From the NCBI GenBank assembly GCA_965198115.1, contig OZ240241.1, forward strand, positions 2,720,001 through 2,784,000: a stretch of DNA of 64,000 nucleotides, in the 5' to 3' direction. This DNA comes from Candidatus Latescibacterota bacterium. GTDB taxonomy: Bacteria; Latescibacterota; UBA2968. The notes under the pieces were generated by a model, which was not told where the DNA came from, searched no databases, and saw only the letters and a program-made list of their open reading frames with translations. Both the position numbers and the translations under genes were made by a program. Each line of letters starts with the position of its first letter. Position 1 is the stretch's first letter. This document shows positions 41,282-52,920 of the stretch, in pieces.

Positions 41282-42207
41282 ATGAAATCGAGAGCCAGGC
41301 CAGGGTTAGCGGTCGTGTTCCTCCTGACCACGTCCGTGTTCGCTTCGGAGGACGAAATCCGCCCTCCTCACGTGTTCGCCAAGGTGACGGACTGCCAGAA
41401 TCAGATCGAACAGATCCGACTGGAGATGGGAAAGCCTGAAAACCTCCCCCTCGGAGTCGAAGTGAATGACGCGGAACCGCGGGAGGTCTATTACCAAGCT
41501 CTCACGCTTTTCACCAAAGCCAACCGCCTCTCGTACGATCTGACACGTACCGACGCAACTGCTCCGGCTGTGCCCACGGGCCCGATCGAGCCGAAGCACG
41601 TCTTCACGTCGTCAACGCCGCACTCGAACGATTCCTCCACATTCAAGATGTGCTCGGAATCCGACCGAGTGAACTGGCCACGCCCCCCGAACCAGGGAGG
41701 GAGCCGACCGACGTGTTCAACGCACTCCTCGAGACCAATCGTCAGTTGAATGTGTTGCTCGACAGCCCCGTCGCCCCCGCCGACGTTTTCCAGCAAGTGA
41801 CCAATTCCGTAGGTTACGCGGCTTCGCTATTGTCAGCCTACACGGGCGCCCAGCAGATTCCGGATGTCCCCGAATTCGAAGGGCAGAAGCGTCCCTTGGA
41901 CGTCTACCGCAGGTTGCTGAATTGCGTGAGGCTGACCGAGCAGATCGTCCAGGCGTCGAACCAGAAAATGCTCTTCCTCGTGGATCGAAACATCGATTTC
42001 GATGAGGTGACGCCGAGCGATGTCTACGATCTGGCATCGTTGATTCTATCGGAGCTCTCCTACCTGCACTCCGTTTCACCCAGCCTATCTTCGCCTCAAA
42101 GGGCGTACAATCCAGGTCGAAAATTCCCGTCTCACGTCTATCAGCGAGCAGGAATCCTCGAAGCTCAACTCGAAAGCATTCTCGCCCAGCACCAAAGCGC
42201 CGAGTGA
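41282..42207 (+). pseudogene. Secreted helical-repeat protein (P-x-[D/H/E]-V-[F/Y] x8), frameshifted near 41607
   Basis: SD AAGGAG and signal peptide. The motif repeats continue across the two overlapping ORFs. Confidence 0.7.
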
Positions 42208-42229
42208 TCGACGCAAAGCAAGGGAAGGG

Positions 42230-42783
42230 ATGAATGTCTGGGGTAAGACCTTTTCGCGCCGGGCGCTAGTGAGCCTTATCGCGATCGTACTCAGTCTGGG
42301 AGCACTGGTCTACACGCGCTTCATCGCACAGCGAGTTTCGCGACTGCGTGGTCCAACGGTGGTCACATCGGCCAGCATGTTGAGTGGCATCCGTGGCTCC
42401 ACTACAAGCTTGAGAGGATGGATTCTTCTGGGCGATCCCATCTTTAGACAAGAACGAGAGCAGGCGTGGAAGGACGAAATCGATCCGGCGCTCAGGCGTC
42501 TACAATCGCTCAGCGAGAACTGGACCAATCCCGACAACGTCGTCAGACTGTCCGAGATTTCACAAATCCTCGAAGGATTCCGATTCATCCAGTGGTGGAT
42601 CGAAGACGTCGCCCACACACCAGGCAATCGCCCCGCGCTGCACGCTCTACGAGACGCGGGTCAGGCCGGCTGCTCGAGAAGCGATGACGACTATAACGAC
42701 GATGATCGATCTGGAAAAATGAACCAGGGTGGTCAGTTACCGACTCTGGCCGACTTCCGCGCGGCCCTCGCTCTCAGCGAGAT
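42230..42783 (+). pseudogene. Chemoreceptor/histidine-kinase-type periplasmic sensor fragment
   Basis: TM helix, then SLRGWILLGD...W..EI...NWTNP helical sensor domain. Frameshifted and truncated by the ISL3 remnant. Confidence 0.6.
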
Positions 42784-43011
42784 CAACCATTCTTATGTGG
42801 CTTTACGGCGATGACGAACCAGCTTCTCCCCTCAAACCACCAGCTGACAACACGGAACCCCTTGAATCTCAGCAGTTTCGATAGTAATCTGCTCCCGGTC
42901 ATAGGTCGCACCCCCTTCGCTTTGATTGTCCTACACACACAACCAAGCGTAGGGAACGATCTATGACCTTGTCATTCTATAGTTTCACCGTTGAGAAACC
43001 CGGATAGAGCC
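42784..43011 (-). mobile_element. ISL3 left-end remnant (228 bp, inverted)
   Basis: Reverse complement of the first 228 bp of the ISL3 copies. Confidence 0.93.
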
Positions 43012-44528
43012 AAAAAAGGTAGTCTCCTTGTACAAGTGTTTGTTTTTCCCTACATTAGGGCTGACACATCAAAACAACCACTTGGAAGGAACTACCGTGA
43101 TAGAACCTAGTCAGATCCGGTTACCATTCGCAAGCATTTCGGGCAAGGTAGTTGAGGCTGATTTTGCCGGTGGCGCCGTCAGGAGTGACGGTGGAGTTCT
43201 GTTGCTTCGCGCCCTTGAGTCTCAGATGGGATTGATCGCCAGAATGGTAGATGCTTTGCGAGATCGTCGTCACCCAAGCTATATCGATCACACGCTTTTG
43301 GATCTTGTGAAGCAGCGTGTTTTTCAGATCGCTTGCGGCTATGAAGATGCCGTCGATTGTGATGATGTGCGACGCTCGGATTTGTATCGGCTCGCACGGG
43401 CTTTTGTAGACGGGTTCATCGCATCGTATGACCAGGCACCCCCAAGCATCATTCTCGATATCGACGACACGGATGACCCAACGCACGGTGCGCAACAATT
43501 TTCACTCTTCAACGCGTATTACAATGAACACTGCTATATGCCGCTACATATCTATGAAGGCCAAAGCGGCAAGCTCATTACGACGATCTTGAGACCCGGG
43601 CATCCGACGAACGGTAAACAGGTCGTTTCTATTCTCAAGCGCTTGGTGGAACACCTACGCGGATCTTGGCCAAACGTGGAGATCATCGTTCGCGCAGACT
43701 CAAAGTTCAGCTCACCAGAGATGCACGATTTCTGCGAAGACAACGGTATCTACTACGTTCTGGGCCAGGGCGCCAACTCCAAGCTCAAAGCGGCTGGACA
43801 AAACCTGATGGACCAAGCGCTACGTCTGAGCGAGCATAAGGAGACGATTCGCTTGTTCTCATCCTTCTCATATCAGGCTGGCACCTACCGGCAGCCTCGC
43901 CGGATCATTCACAAGGCTGAAGTCACAAACGGCGAAGCAAATCCAAGATACCGCGTGACCAATTTACAGAGTAATCGAGACGGCTTTATCTATGATCGTA
44001 TCTACTGCGCAAGGGGACGCACGGAAGGCTTCATCAAGGACCACAAAACATTCCTTCACTCCGATCGAACATCGTGCCACAAGTTTGAAGCCAACCAGTT
44101 CCGACTCTTTCTACACAGTGCTGCATACGCCTTGCTTCACGCACTCCGATCACAGGGACTCAAGGGCACCGCGTGGACCAAACCTCAGGTCAACACGATA
44201 CAGAACCGTTTCCTCAAAATCGGCGCGAGAGTCATTGAAAGCGCACGAAGAATCCGATTCCATTTTCCAACATCGTATCCACTCAAAAACGTCTTGGTGT
44301 CAATCATCACCAGGCTCGAAACGAACACGCAGTAACAACGCCGATCTATACCGGGGACAGCTATGTACACGTCGCAAAACAACACCTGTTCCGGACGAAA
44401 ATCGTGACTCTTGCGACTCGTAGAGACCGCTTACGGGACCTTGGACATCCGAAGAAGCCGAGAACAAATCCTGTGCGTGATCACATCACTCCAAAACAAC
44501 CTAAACTCAAATTCATGCATGATTCAGG
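43012..44528 (+). mobile_element. IS1380-family element (transposase 43097-44335), left end lost
   Basis: SDGGVLLL, GYED, LDIDDTDD, RADS, YCARG..E..IK and ANQFRL motifs. Right end TTCATGCATGATTCAGG followed by CTAG. Confidence 0.9.
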
Positions 44529-44737
44529 CTAGTTTCCCCCATTCATCCCTCCAGAGCGAAAGCACAGAGCGTAATTAGGCTTTGGTTCGATCCTGTGTGA
44601 AATGTGACCGCCACAAGTTGATCTCGTCGTGTGATCGTCAGACGGACTGACACCCGCGTTGACCAGTGGTTGACGTTTCCCCGTCCGTCTCACATGTTAC
44701 AAGTAAGGACTTACTTGGACTCGTTCCCGTGGTGTCC

Positions 44738-45352
44738 ATGGAAGCCAGACGATCAGATCCGAACTTCGCCCCGGACAAAATCCGCATCGCACGGGACAGC
44801 GAAGGTATTTTCATCCAGGTCAATGGGACAAAGTCTCGTGTCGCCCGTGTCGCGTGCGCCTTTCCCCGCACAGACCCCGACCACTATGTCAGCTTCCTCG
44901 ACGAGATGGGTCACGAGTTGGGCGTGATCGAAGACCCGAGCAGGCTGGACGCCGAATCGAGAACATTTCTCAAGGCAGTGTTGAAGGAAATCTACTTTGT
45001 GCCCACGATATCGGAAGTGCAGTCTGTGACGACGCAGGGCATTGCACACAGGTTCGGTGTCGCGACCGATGACGGCGACCGCGAATTCACCGTCGAGAAC
45101 CTGGACGCTCTCGACGGCTCTCACCCTCCGGGTATTCTCATTCGCGGCGCAGATGGAAAGCGATACCAGATCGACGACTACTGGGAACTCGATGGTGACA
45201 GCCGTGAACGCATGTCACACATGGTCCCTAGAAGGGTGCTCCAGGCACGCTACGGACGGAGCATGATGGGCGGTAGCAGCAGGGGGAGAGGCCGTGGTAG
45301 TGGTAGAGGGGGTAGCAGCTCGAGCAGCGGCGGCATGATGCGTTTCGGATAA
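44738..45352 (+). CDS. DUF1854-like protein with Gly/Ser/Arg-rich tail (start uncertain)
   Basis: AFP..P..YVS.LD..G.ELG.I, YFVP.I and DG.RY.I.D...LD..S motifs. Confidence 0.7.
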   Translation: MEARRSDPNFAPDKIRIARDSEGIFIQVNGTKSRVARVACAFPRTDPDHYVSFLDEMGHELGVIEDPSRLDAESRTFLKAVLKEIYFVPTISEVQSVTTQGIAHRFGVATDDGDREFTVENLDALDGSHPPGILIRGADGKRYQIDDYWELDGDSRERMSHMVPRRVLQARYGRSMMGGSSRGRGRGSGRGGSSSSSGGMMRFG

Positions 45353-45428
45353 AAAGGAATATTCGGCTGCCGCTACATCTTGCTCTGCGCGGTGTTACGA
45401 TCGCTCGTTGTTTCTCAATTCTCGATTT

Positions 45429-46817
45429 TCACTCCTCGATTCCCAACGGTTCCAACTCGCCGAGCATCGTCGGTACCAACTCCGACACGGTTGGATGGAT
45501 ATGCATCGCCCGCTGGACAACGGTGTAGGGAGCCCTCGCATACATCACGTCCAGAAGGGCGTGCACAACCTCGTCCCCGCCGATGCCCAGAATCGCCGCT
45601 CCCAGGATTTCACCGGAATCGGCATCCACGAATACTTTCATGAATCCATCCGTCTCGCTCCGCTCTCTGGCGCGCCCGACATCCGCCATCAGCCGCTTCC
45701 CCACGAGTATGTTGCGTCCTGATTCGCGCACCTGTTGTTCCGTCATGCCGACGCGACCCAATGGCGGATCGATGAACAAGCCGTAACACGGAATCCGATC
45801 GCTCACGCGGCGAGGGTCGTTGTCGAACAGGTTTGCGGCGGCGATCTCGAAGTCGTTGTAAGACGTGTGCGTAAAGGCTCCACGCCCGTTGCAGTCTCCT
45901 AAAGCCCAGATTCCAGAAACGTTCGTGCGAAGCTCGTCATCGACGATGATGAATCCCCGTTCGTCGGTCTCGACTCCCACGCGATCCAGTCCCAGGTCGT
46001 CGGTGTTGGGCCGACGACCCGTGGCAACGAGCAAGTGGCTACCGGCAACTTCCTCTGCAACACCCCCCGCACGAACGTGAACGACCACCCCTTCGCCTTG
46101 TTTTTCGATCCGGTCCACGCCCGTGTCCAGACGAACGTCGACCCCCTCGTTGGCCAAAATCTCCAGGATGGCTGCTGACACGTCCGCATCCTCACGCGAG
46201 ATCAGAGCGGGGCCACGCTCGATGACCGTCACCTGGCTTCTGAACCGACGATACATCTGAGCAAACTCAAGGCTGATGTAACTCCCCCCGATGATGACCA
46301 GATGTTCCGGAAGGAAATCAACGTCCATCATGGTGGAATTCGTCAGGTAGTCCACTTCCTCCAACCCCGGAATCGGCGGGGCGAAGGCACGGCCCCCCAC
46401 GTTGATGAAAACCTTCTCGGCCTCGAGGAATTCCCCGTTGACGACCACTCGATGGGGCTCCTCGAAACGACCGTGGCCTTCGTAGGTCGTGACATTCTCC
46501 AGACCCTTCATCCACCCTTCGACGCCCGACGTCGACCGTTCCACGATAGCGTCTTTTCTGCGCTTCACCTGCGCCATGTCGACGTGGATCGGCCCGTTGA
46601 TCATCACACCGAAATCGCCACCGCGATGCGCGACGTGGGCGACCCTGGCACTCGCCACGAGCGTCTTGGTCGGGATGCATCCGACGTTGGCGCACGTGCC
46701 TCCGTAGAGATGACGCTCGATCACAGCCACCTTGAGACCCTCATCGTTCATACGGTCGGCCAGGGCTGGCCCAGCCTGTCCGGTCCCGATGATGACCGCA
46801 TCATACGTTGTCGACAC
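45429..46817 (-). CDS. FAD-dependent pyridine nucleotide-disulfide oxidoreductase (LpdA/MerA/RclA-like)
   Basis: GTGQAG, GGTCANVGCIPTK, GD and HIHPTVSE motifs. Confidence 0.9.
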   Translation of the reverse strand: MSTTYDAVIIGTGQAGPALADRMNDEGLKVAVIERHLYGGTCANVGCIPTKTLVASARVAHVAHRGGDFGVMINGPIHVDMAQVKRRKDAIVERSTSGVEGWMKGLENVTTYEGHGRFEEPHRVVVNGEFLEAEKVFINVGGRAFAPPIPGLEEVDYLTNSTMMDVDFLPEHLVIIGGSYISLEFAQMYRRFRSQVTVIERGPALISREDADVSAAILEILANEGVDVRLDTGVDRIEKQGEGVVVHVRAGGVAEEVAGSHLLVATGRRPNTDDLGLDRVGVETDERGFIIVDDELRTNVSGIWALGDCNGRGAFTHTSYNDFEIAAANLFDNDPRRVSDRIPCYGLFIDPPLGRVGMTEQQVRESGRNILVGKRLMADVGRARERSETDGFMKVFVDADSGEILGAAILGIGGDEVVHALLDVMYARAPYTVVQRAMHIHPTVSELVPTMLGELEPLGIEE

Positions 46818-47105
46818 TCGATTCCCCTTTGAAAGCGATTGAACTCCGTCTGCAGTCCGCTCAGTAGCGGGATTGGATGCCCCCCACTAAATGTCGGAGT
46901 CAGCGGTGTGTCAATACGGAAGGGCGAGCTGGAGAGCTGGCGTGGTCAGTGCTTCGAGCTCGAACCTTGTGCTAATTCAACACAACGCGCTCGCCAGCCT
47001 CTTCGCCTGCTCGCTCAGATTAGCCAGATCACGTGTTGCAAATTGCACCAGATGGGGTTTTATTTCACTCGTTGGGTCGGGATCACGCCATAGAGGAACG
47101 ACAGA

Positions 47106-48416
47106 ATGGACAAGCCAGAACAGATCAAGGGCAAAATCCTCATCGTGGATGACAACACCCAGAGCGTGGACCTGTTGGCAACGATGCTGACCCAGGAGGG
47201 TTACACGGTCAACAAAGCATACAATGGGGCCGAAGCCTACGCGCAAGTCGAAGCCGAATTGCCGGATCTGATCCTCCTCGACATCAAAATGCCCGGAGCC
47301 AGTGGATTCGAGGTCTGCAGATCATTGAAACAGAATCCAGAAACGAGCGACATCCCAGTCATCTTCCTCAGTGCGTTGGGAGATCTGGACAACAAGCTTC
47401 AGGCATTCGATGAAGGGGGCGTCGACTACGTGACCAAACCCTTCCATCACCAAGAGGTGAGTGCGCGTGTCCGCGCCCACGTCACGATTCGCAGACTTCA
47501 GGAGAAGCTGAAAACACGCTACGATGACCAGACGTCGGAATTATCCATGGTCAACGACGCCTACCGGCGCTTCGTCCCTCACGAATTTCTGAACTTCCTG
47601 AACAAGGAAAGCATCACACAGGTCAAGCTGGCCGATCACGAAGAACGTGAGATGACCATCATGTTCGCGGATATCCGAGATTTCACGCCTCTCTCGGAGA
47701 GCATGAACCCGCAGGAGAACTTCAGGTTTCTGAATTCGTATCTGAGCCGTGTCAGCCCGGTCATCGGCCAGCACAACGGCTTTATAGACAAGTACATCCG
47801 TGATGAAATCATGGCGCTGTTTCCGCGATCACCCGACGACGCGGTCCAAGCTGCGATCGCTTTGCAGATCGAGGTCGCCCTCTACAACCAACATCGCGGA
47901 AACTGCGGCTACGATCCGCTCCGCATCGGGATTAGCCTGCACACGGGAAGACTGATGCTCGGGATCATCGGTGAGGACAAACGGATGGAGGGAACCGTCA
48001 TCTCCGACGCCGTCAACCTGGCATCAAGGTTGGAAAGCTTCACCAAGCTCTACGGTGCCTCAATCATCGCCAGCGAAAACACGGTTAGCGGCCTCAGGGA
48101 CCAGGAGCGCTACCGGAATCGTTACCTGGACGAGGTCCGTGTCCGAGGTCGGAAGGGCAGCATCAAGCTCTACGAAATTTACGATGGCCTGCAGACAGCC
48201 GAAGTCGACAGCAGGGACGAAACGAGATTCCTTTTCACGCACGCCCTCGCGCTTTACCAGGCAGGACAACTGGTAAAAGCACGAGAGAGATTTGCCGAAG
48301 TGATCAAGCTCGACCCGAATGACAAGGCAGCGCACGTCTTCCTCGGGCGCATCGAGCGCTACGAACAAGAAGGACTGCCAAAAGGCTGGTCTGGCGTGCA
48401 AGAATTCGCGCACTGA
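47106..48416 (+). CDS. Response-regulator receiver plus class III adenylate/guanylate cyclase plus TPR-like tail
   Basis: IVDD, LLDIKMP and KPF in the receiver. FADIRDFT and DAVNLASRLE in the cyclase. Confidence 0.9.
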   Translation: MDKPEQIKGKILIVDDNTQSVDLLATMLTQEGYTVNKAYNGAEAYAQVEAELPDLILLDIKMPGASGFEVCRSLKQNPETSDIPVIFLSALGDLDNKLQAFDEGGVDYVTKPFHHQEVSARVRAHVTIRRLQEKLKTRYDDQTSELSMVNDAYRRFVPHEFLNFLNKESITQVKLADHEEREMTIMFADIRDFTPLSESMNPQENFRFLNSYLSRVSPVIGQHNGFIDKYIRDEIMALFPRSPDDAVQAAIALQIEVALYNQHRGNCGYDPLRIGISLHTGRLMLGIIGEDKRMEGTVISDAVNLASRLESFTKLYGASIIASENTVSGLRDQERYRNRYLDEVRVRGRKGSIKLYEIYDGLQTAEVDSRDETRFLFTHALALYQAGQLVKARERFAEVIKLDPNDKAAHVFLGRIERYEQEGLPKGWSGVQEFAH

Positions 48417-48439
48417 CGCAGCGGCCGATCGCGATCCCG

Positions 48440-50117
48440 TCACTCAGTCGGAATGATGGGAAGCAACAGATGCGACGCCTGGCCGTTTGAATGAAGCACC
48501 GTTTGACTCGCCCGACGCGGCTCTGTATCCGATCCCGCATCCCGTCCAGTGTTCAGGTTGCGGTCGAAGCGAGGAAAGTTCGACGACGAGATTTCGAGTC
48601 GAACGCGATGTCCTTTCCTGAACACGTTGCCAGTAACCCCCACGTCGATTTCGTATTCGTAGGTCTTTCCTGACTCCAGTAGCGTCGGGTCCGTGAAACC
48701 TTCCCTGCAACGTGCCCGAATGATCCCGTCACAAAGGTTCATCGCGTAGCCGGTTGGTGCCACATCCACGAGCTTGGCCGTCCAATCCGTGTCGACACCA
48801 TCTGTCGCCGCGAAGAGCACCGCACGGATCGGCCCCGTCACTTCCACATCCCTTTCCAGAGGCTCGCTCGTGTAGCAAAGCACGTCGCTCCTCATTTCGA
48901 CTGATCGCTGGTCGTAGGGGCCCCACGGCACGATGTGGGGTGAACAACAGGTATTCCCACCGGTCGTCGGAACCGGATAGAGCGGATCATAAACGAAGTG
49001 ATCCGCCGGCTCATCCCCCGGTGGATCGGTCGACAGGGCACCGTCGCCGATCAGCGTGTTGGCGCCTCCTCCCGAATGCAGATACCATTTCTGCCACTCT
49101 GTTCGGGCAAGCGGCCATTCGTATTCGTCGCGCCACACTCGGCTTCCCATGATGAACAACCGGATCGGCGGTTCGTCAACGATTCCGCTGTCAACGCCCT
49201 TGAGCCAATGGTCGAACCAGCGTAATTCCATCGCATCCAGGTCGACGACGGAATGCTCGCCGAAATCGATGTCGCCCGTTCGTGATGACTGACTCAACGC
49301 GTGAGGCCACGGCCCCACGATCAGCTTACTCTGCTTCGCCTCCGGCGTGCGACCGTGCTCAATCAACCCGTTGTAGTTCGTGAACGTTTGGGGCGCATAC
49401 AGATCGTACCACTCACCCATGTTGAAGGCGGGTACGGCGATCTCTCCGAAATGCTTCTCATCGTTGAAGGTTTCCCAATAGTCGTCGTTAGACCGGATGC
49501 TCGATCCAGTCTTTCCAGAAATCGAGATCACGACCGGCGAGTTTGTCCATCTGATCCAACGGAAGAGCGTGGAAGGCATTCGTCCAGTTGTGGAACTCGA
49601 TCGTCCGAGCCGTCCGGGCATTGGTGCGCATACCCCAAGTCATCAACACGCTGAGCTGGAGTGCTCCTCCTGGATAAACGAGCCCGCTGTAATAGTCTGT
49701 ACAGATCACGCGAGGCACGATGCACGTCAGGTAATTGCTCCGCTGCGGCGCGCTCCTCCACTGGACAGCGCCCACATAAGACCCCCCCGACATGCCGATC
49801 TTTCCGTCACTCCACGACTGCTGCCCGATCCACTCCTGCGTGTCATAACCGTCCGCGTCTTCGCGGAAGGGGTAGTATTCGCCGTCCGAATCCCAGCGCC
49901 CCCGACAGTCCTGCAGCACGCAGGCATAACCACCGTTTGCCAAACCTCGTGCCTTCTCGACCATCGGATCCCCGTTGTTGCTGTAGGGCGTGCGCATCAG
50001 AATGGTCGGAAACGGTCCGGACCCCTTGGGGAGATAGATGTCCGAAGAAAGCTCGACGCCATCTCGCATCGGCTGCTTGACGTTCAACCGCATTTCGACA
50101 TTGTAGTGTGGAGTCAC
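48440..50117 (-). pseudogene. CocE/NonD-family hydrolase, frameshifted near 49490
   Basis: RTPY and GGSYVG in the 5' ORF. GEWYD, GPWPH and SSSNFPRFDRN in the 3' ORF. A 1-bp offset lies at EHP|SNDDYW. Confidence 0.88.
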
Positions 50118-50134
50118 CCAAGGCTCCTTTCGGG

Positions 50135-51154
50135 TCAGAAACTAGTCGTCAGGTCAGTGTACGCCTCACGCCAGCGACGAGCGAGCGTCAATTCTGCCTT
50201 ACGCTGTTCGTAGCCGGCCGCGTCATCATCTGGGCGATGATCGCGATACCAGTCGACGGTCATCTCGATCCACGTTGCGAGGGGCGTGGTTCGGAATCCG
50301 AAGTCGCGTTCCGCCTTCGACAGATCGTGCACATACGGAATCGGCCGGCACAATGGAGGCGCATACGCCTCCAGCGAACGTAATATCACCGACTTGGGCA
50401 CGTAGGTTATATCGAGCTCGGACCCTGCCGCGTGCCAGATCAGACGCGCCCATCGATCGGGAGTCGCGATGTCCTGCATCGCGATGTGGTAAACCTGGTC
50501 TTGCGCGGCCGGCGCATCGATCGCCCGGATAAAGTTCTTAGCCGCATCCCCCGAGTAGAGCGTTCGAAACGACGCCTGCTCTTCCATCGGCAACACCACA
50601 CACTGGCCGTCCAGTGCCCGCTGTACCCACCACCACATCCGTGCCGTAGGGTCATCCCACCCCATAACAGCGGGAATCCTGACGATCGTGTAAGGCACGG
50701 CGCTGTTTTCCTGAAGCCATTTTTCGCAGTGTCGTTTACCCACACCGTAGGGATCCTCACCCTCTGGATAGGTATAGTCGAGGTTCGACCAGTTCACGTC
50801 AGATTCCCGAAAGGGACAATGGGTTGCGAAGTCGAGCTTGCCGTCGAGGTAGACGGACCCCGTGCTCACCACCAGATATCTCCCGACGCGGCCTTCGAAG
50901 ATCTCGGATGCCAACTCGACGTGTGACTTCTCGAACGCCTGTGTATCGATCACGGCGTCGAACGTCTGTCCACCAAGCCCTTCGCGAAAAGACACAGGAT
51001 CCGTTCGATCGCCGGCGATGTGGTTTACGCGATCCCACCACGTTGGTCGCGTTTTTCCCCGGGAGAACACGGTGACCTCGTCACCCCGGTCGAGAAGCTC
51101 CTCCACGACCAGCCGTCCCATGTACCGCGTCCCACCGATGACCAAGATCTTCAT
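50135..51154 (-). CDS. NAD-dependent epimerase/dehydratase (atypical SDR)
   Basis: GGTRYMG, STGSVY and YGVGK motifs. Confidence 0.85.
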   Translation of the reverse strand: MKILVIGGTRYMGRLVVEELLDRGDEVTVFSRGKTRPTWWDRVNHIAGDRTDPVSFREGLGGQTFDAVIDTQAFEKSHVELASEIFEGRVGRYLVVSTGSVYLDGKLDFATHCPFRESDVNWSNLDYTYPEGEDPYGVGKRHCEKWLQENSAVPYTIVRIPAVMGWDDPTARMWWWVQRALDGQCVVLPMEEQASFRTLYSGDAAKNFIRAIDAPAAQDQVYHIAMQDIATPDRWARLIWHAAGSELDITYVPKSVILRSLEAYAPPLCRPIPYVHDLSKAERDFGFRTTPLATWIEMTVDWYRDHRPDDDAAGYEQRKAELTLARRWREAYTDLTTSF

Positions 51155-51498
51155 CCTCAGTCCTCCACGTCCAAATTACTGTCTTATCCAGTTGCGAACG
51201 CTCAGCGCTGCAAGGCGCCACTGATACTCAGGTATCGCTTTCACCAGATGCGTGGGTACTCCCCTATCCCTTCTCCCCAACTAGGGGCTGGATCACGGGG
51301 TTTAGCACCCTCCGTGTGCTCCGTTTGCTCCGTGTGCTCCGGGGTTCCGGGTCTTTCCAATGCCTCAATACATTCTGAAGTGTGATCCAGATCGCTTGCC
51401 CGATTGCCCGGATGAATGCATACTTGATGCATGCCTTCCCCCGCCATACGGCGGCCGGCCTATCGACGCCCCCGCCGGAAGGACAAGGAGGTAGTTCC

Positions 51499-52017
51499 GT
51501 GTCTACGACTCTCATAGCCGTTCTCGGTCTCGTCTGCGTCTTCCTCGCGGTGCTCAATGTCTACCAGCACCTTGCCAGGAAGGGTGCCCAACGGCTCGCA
51601 GAAATCGTCTACATCATCAGCCGAAACGTAGCCGATCGAGCGCGAGAAGTTCGCCGCCACAAGAAAGACGTCGAAATCGTCGAAGCACAACTACAGGATG
51701 TCCTGACCACCGCCCGAACCTTGCTGCTCGCACTCGGTCGAAATGAGGAGACACTCGACCCCGATCCTACCGTCACCATCTTCAACGGGTCCGGTGACCT
51801 GTCCAAGGAAAGCCTCCTGAGAATGGCCGACCGAATCCTCTTCTCGGTTCGCGAGGAAGATCCAGAAGCCAACCAGAACGAAGTTGCATCTCGAACGCTG
51901 GAACGCTTCCTGGTCAAGGTTCCGAACATGGACGAGGACAAGGCGCAAAAGATCATTCGCGTCGTAGCCAACCAGGGTGAAGACGAAGTGGAGCGCGTCT
52001 CCAAGCGCATGAACTAG
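51499..52017 (+). CDS. Hypothetical single-TM-anchored helical protein
   Basis: SD AAGGAGG plus GTG. N-terminal hydrophobic helix. Confidence 0.7.
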   Translation: MSTTLIAVLGLVCVFLAVLNVYQHLARKGAQRLAEIVYIISRNVADRAREVRRHKKDVEIVEAQLQDVLTTARTLLLALGRNEETLDPDPTVTIFNGSGDLSKESLLRMADRILFSVREEDPEANQNEVASRTLERFLVKVPNMDEDKAQKIIRVVANQGEDEVERVSKRMN

Positions 52018-52739
52018 GGCGCCGCCTCCGTTCCCAACCGGCAATAGGCCTCGGCGCGTTCGCACGGCTTCATCCACGCCGTCATCTGAGCCTCCAGTCC
52101 ACGATATTTTGCGATAATCTCGTAGCGTTCCGGCAATTCAGGCTGCGAGGCCAGCTGGCGCAAAGCCTCCTTTTTCCTCTCGAACACAGCCGTCACATCC
52201 ACATACAGATTCGGCACGTAGCCCACGACGGGCGACGCCCCCGCGATCGGTTCGAAGCAGACGACCTCGGGCGCAGCACACGGCGGATGCTCGGTCTGGA
52301 TCCCCGGCCGGAAGCAATAACGGCAGGCCCAAACGACAGCTTGCACGGTTTCCACGTGGTCTGGGTGGAGAAAGTCGTCGATCCAGTGGCTTAGCACCAA
52401 ATCCGGTCGAAAACCTCGGATGATCTCAAGAATTCTGTGTCGACGTTCGGGTCCGACAAGGAGTGGACTGTCATCGAAGTCGAGACAGTCGATCGGTGCT
52501 CCGAGAACCTCTGCCGCTGCGTCGATTTCGTTCCGACGTAGAGTCTTTACTTCGTCGAGTGAAATATCCGGGTGGTCATTCCATACCGCGGGAGACTCAC
52601 ACTTCTCCCCATAGGTCAGGTCGTAGATGTGAACCTGGCATCCTGCGTCAACTAATCGGAGGATCGCCCCTCCGGCCCGTGAACAGAAGTCGGCAGCGTG
52701 GGCACTGAATACCAGAACACGTCTGTCAGGTCGAATCAT
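52014..52739 (-). CDS. PIG-L family enzyme, 4-oxalomesaconate hydratase (GalB)-like
   Basis: SAHAADF..RAGG, GEKCES, HPDH and FEP motifs. Confidence 0.75.
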   Translation of the reverse strand: MIRPDRRVLVFSAHAADFCSRAGGAILRLVDAGCQVHIYDLTYGEKCESPAVWNDHPDISLDEVKTLRRNEIDAAAEVLGAPIDCLDFDDSPLLVGPERRHRILEIIRGFRPDLVLSHWIDDFLHPDHVETVQAVVWACRYCFRPGIQTEHPPCAAPEVVCFEPIAGASPVVGYVPNLYVDVTAVFERKKEALRQLASQPELPERYEIIAKYRGLEAQMTAWMKPCERAEAYCRLGTEAAP

Positions 52740-52920
52740 CGCATCTTGCTCCTTTCTCCCTCAGGAAGGATCGAAAAACGGGCGGAAAGCCTCAAAGACT
52801 TTCAGAATCAGTGGTTGCAGTTCGCCACGATTGACTTATGGAATGAATTCCTGTAACTGCGCAGGTACCGAGATTTAGGACCGTACTTACCTCACGCGGG
52901 CTGACCAGAGGACAAGCCTT

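Noticed and set aside
45429-46817. Mercuric reductase MerA
   Set aside because: It lacks the C-terminal Cys-Cys pair and mer operon context.
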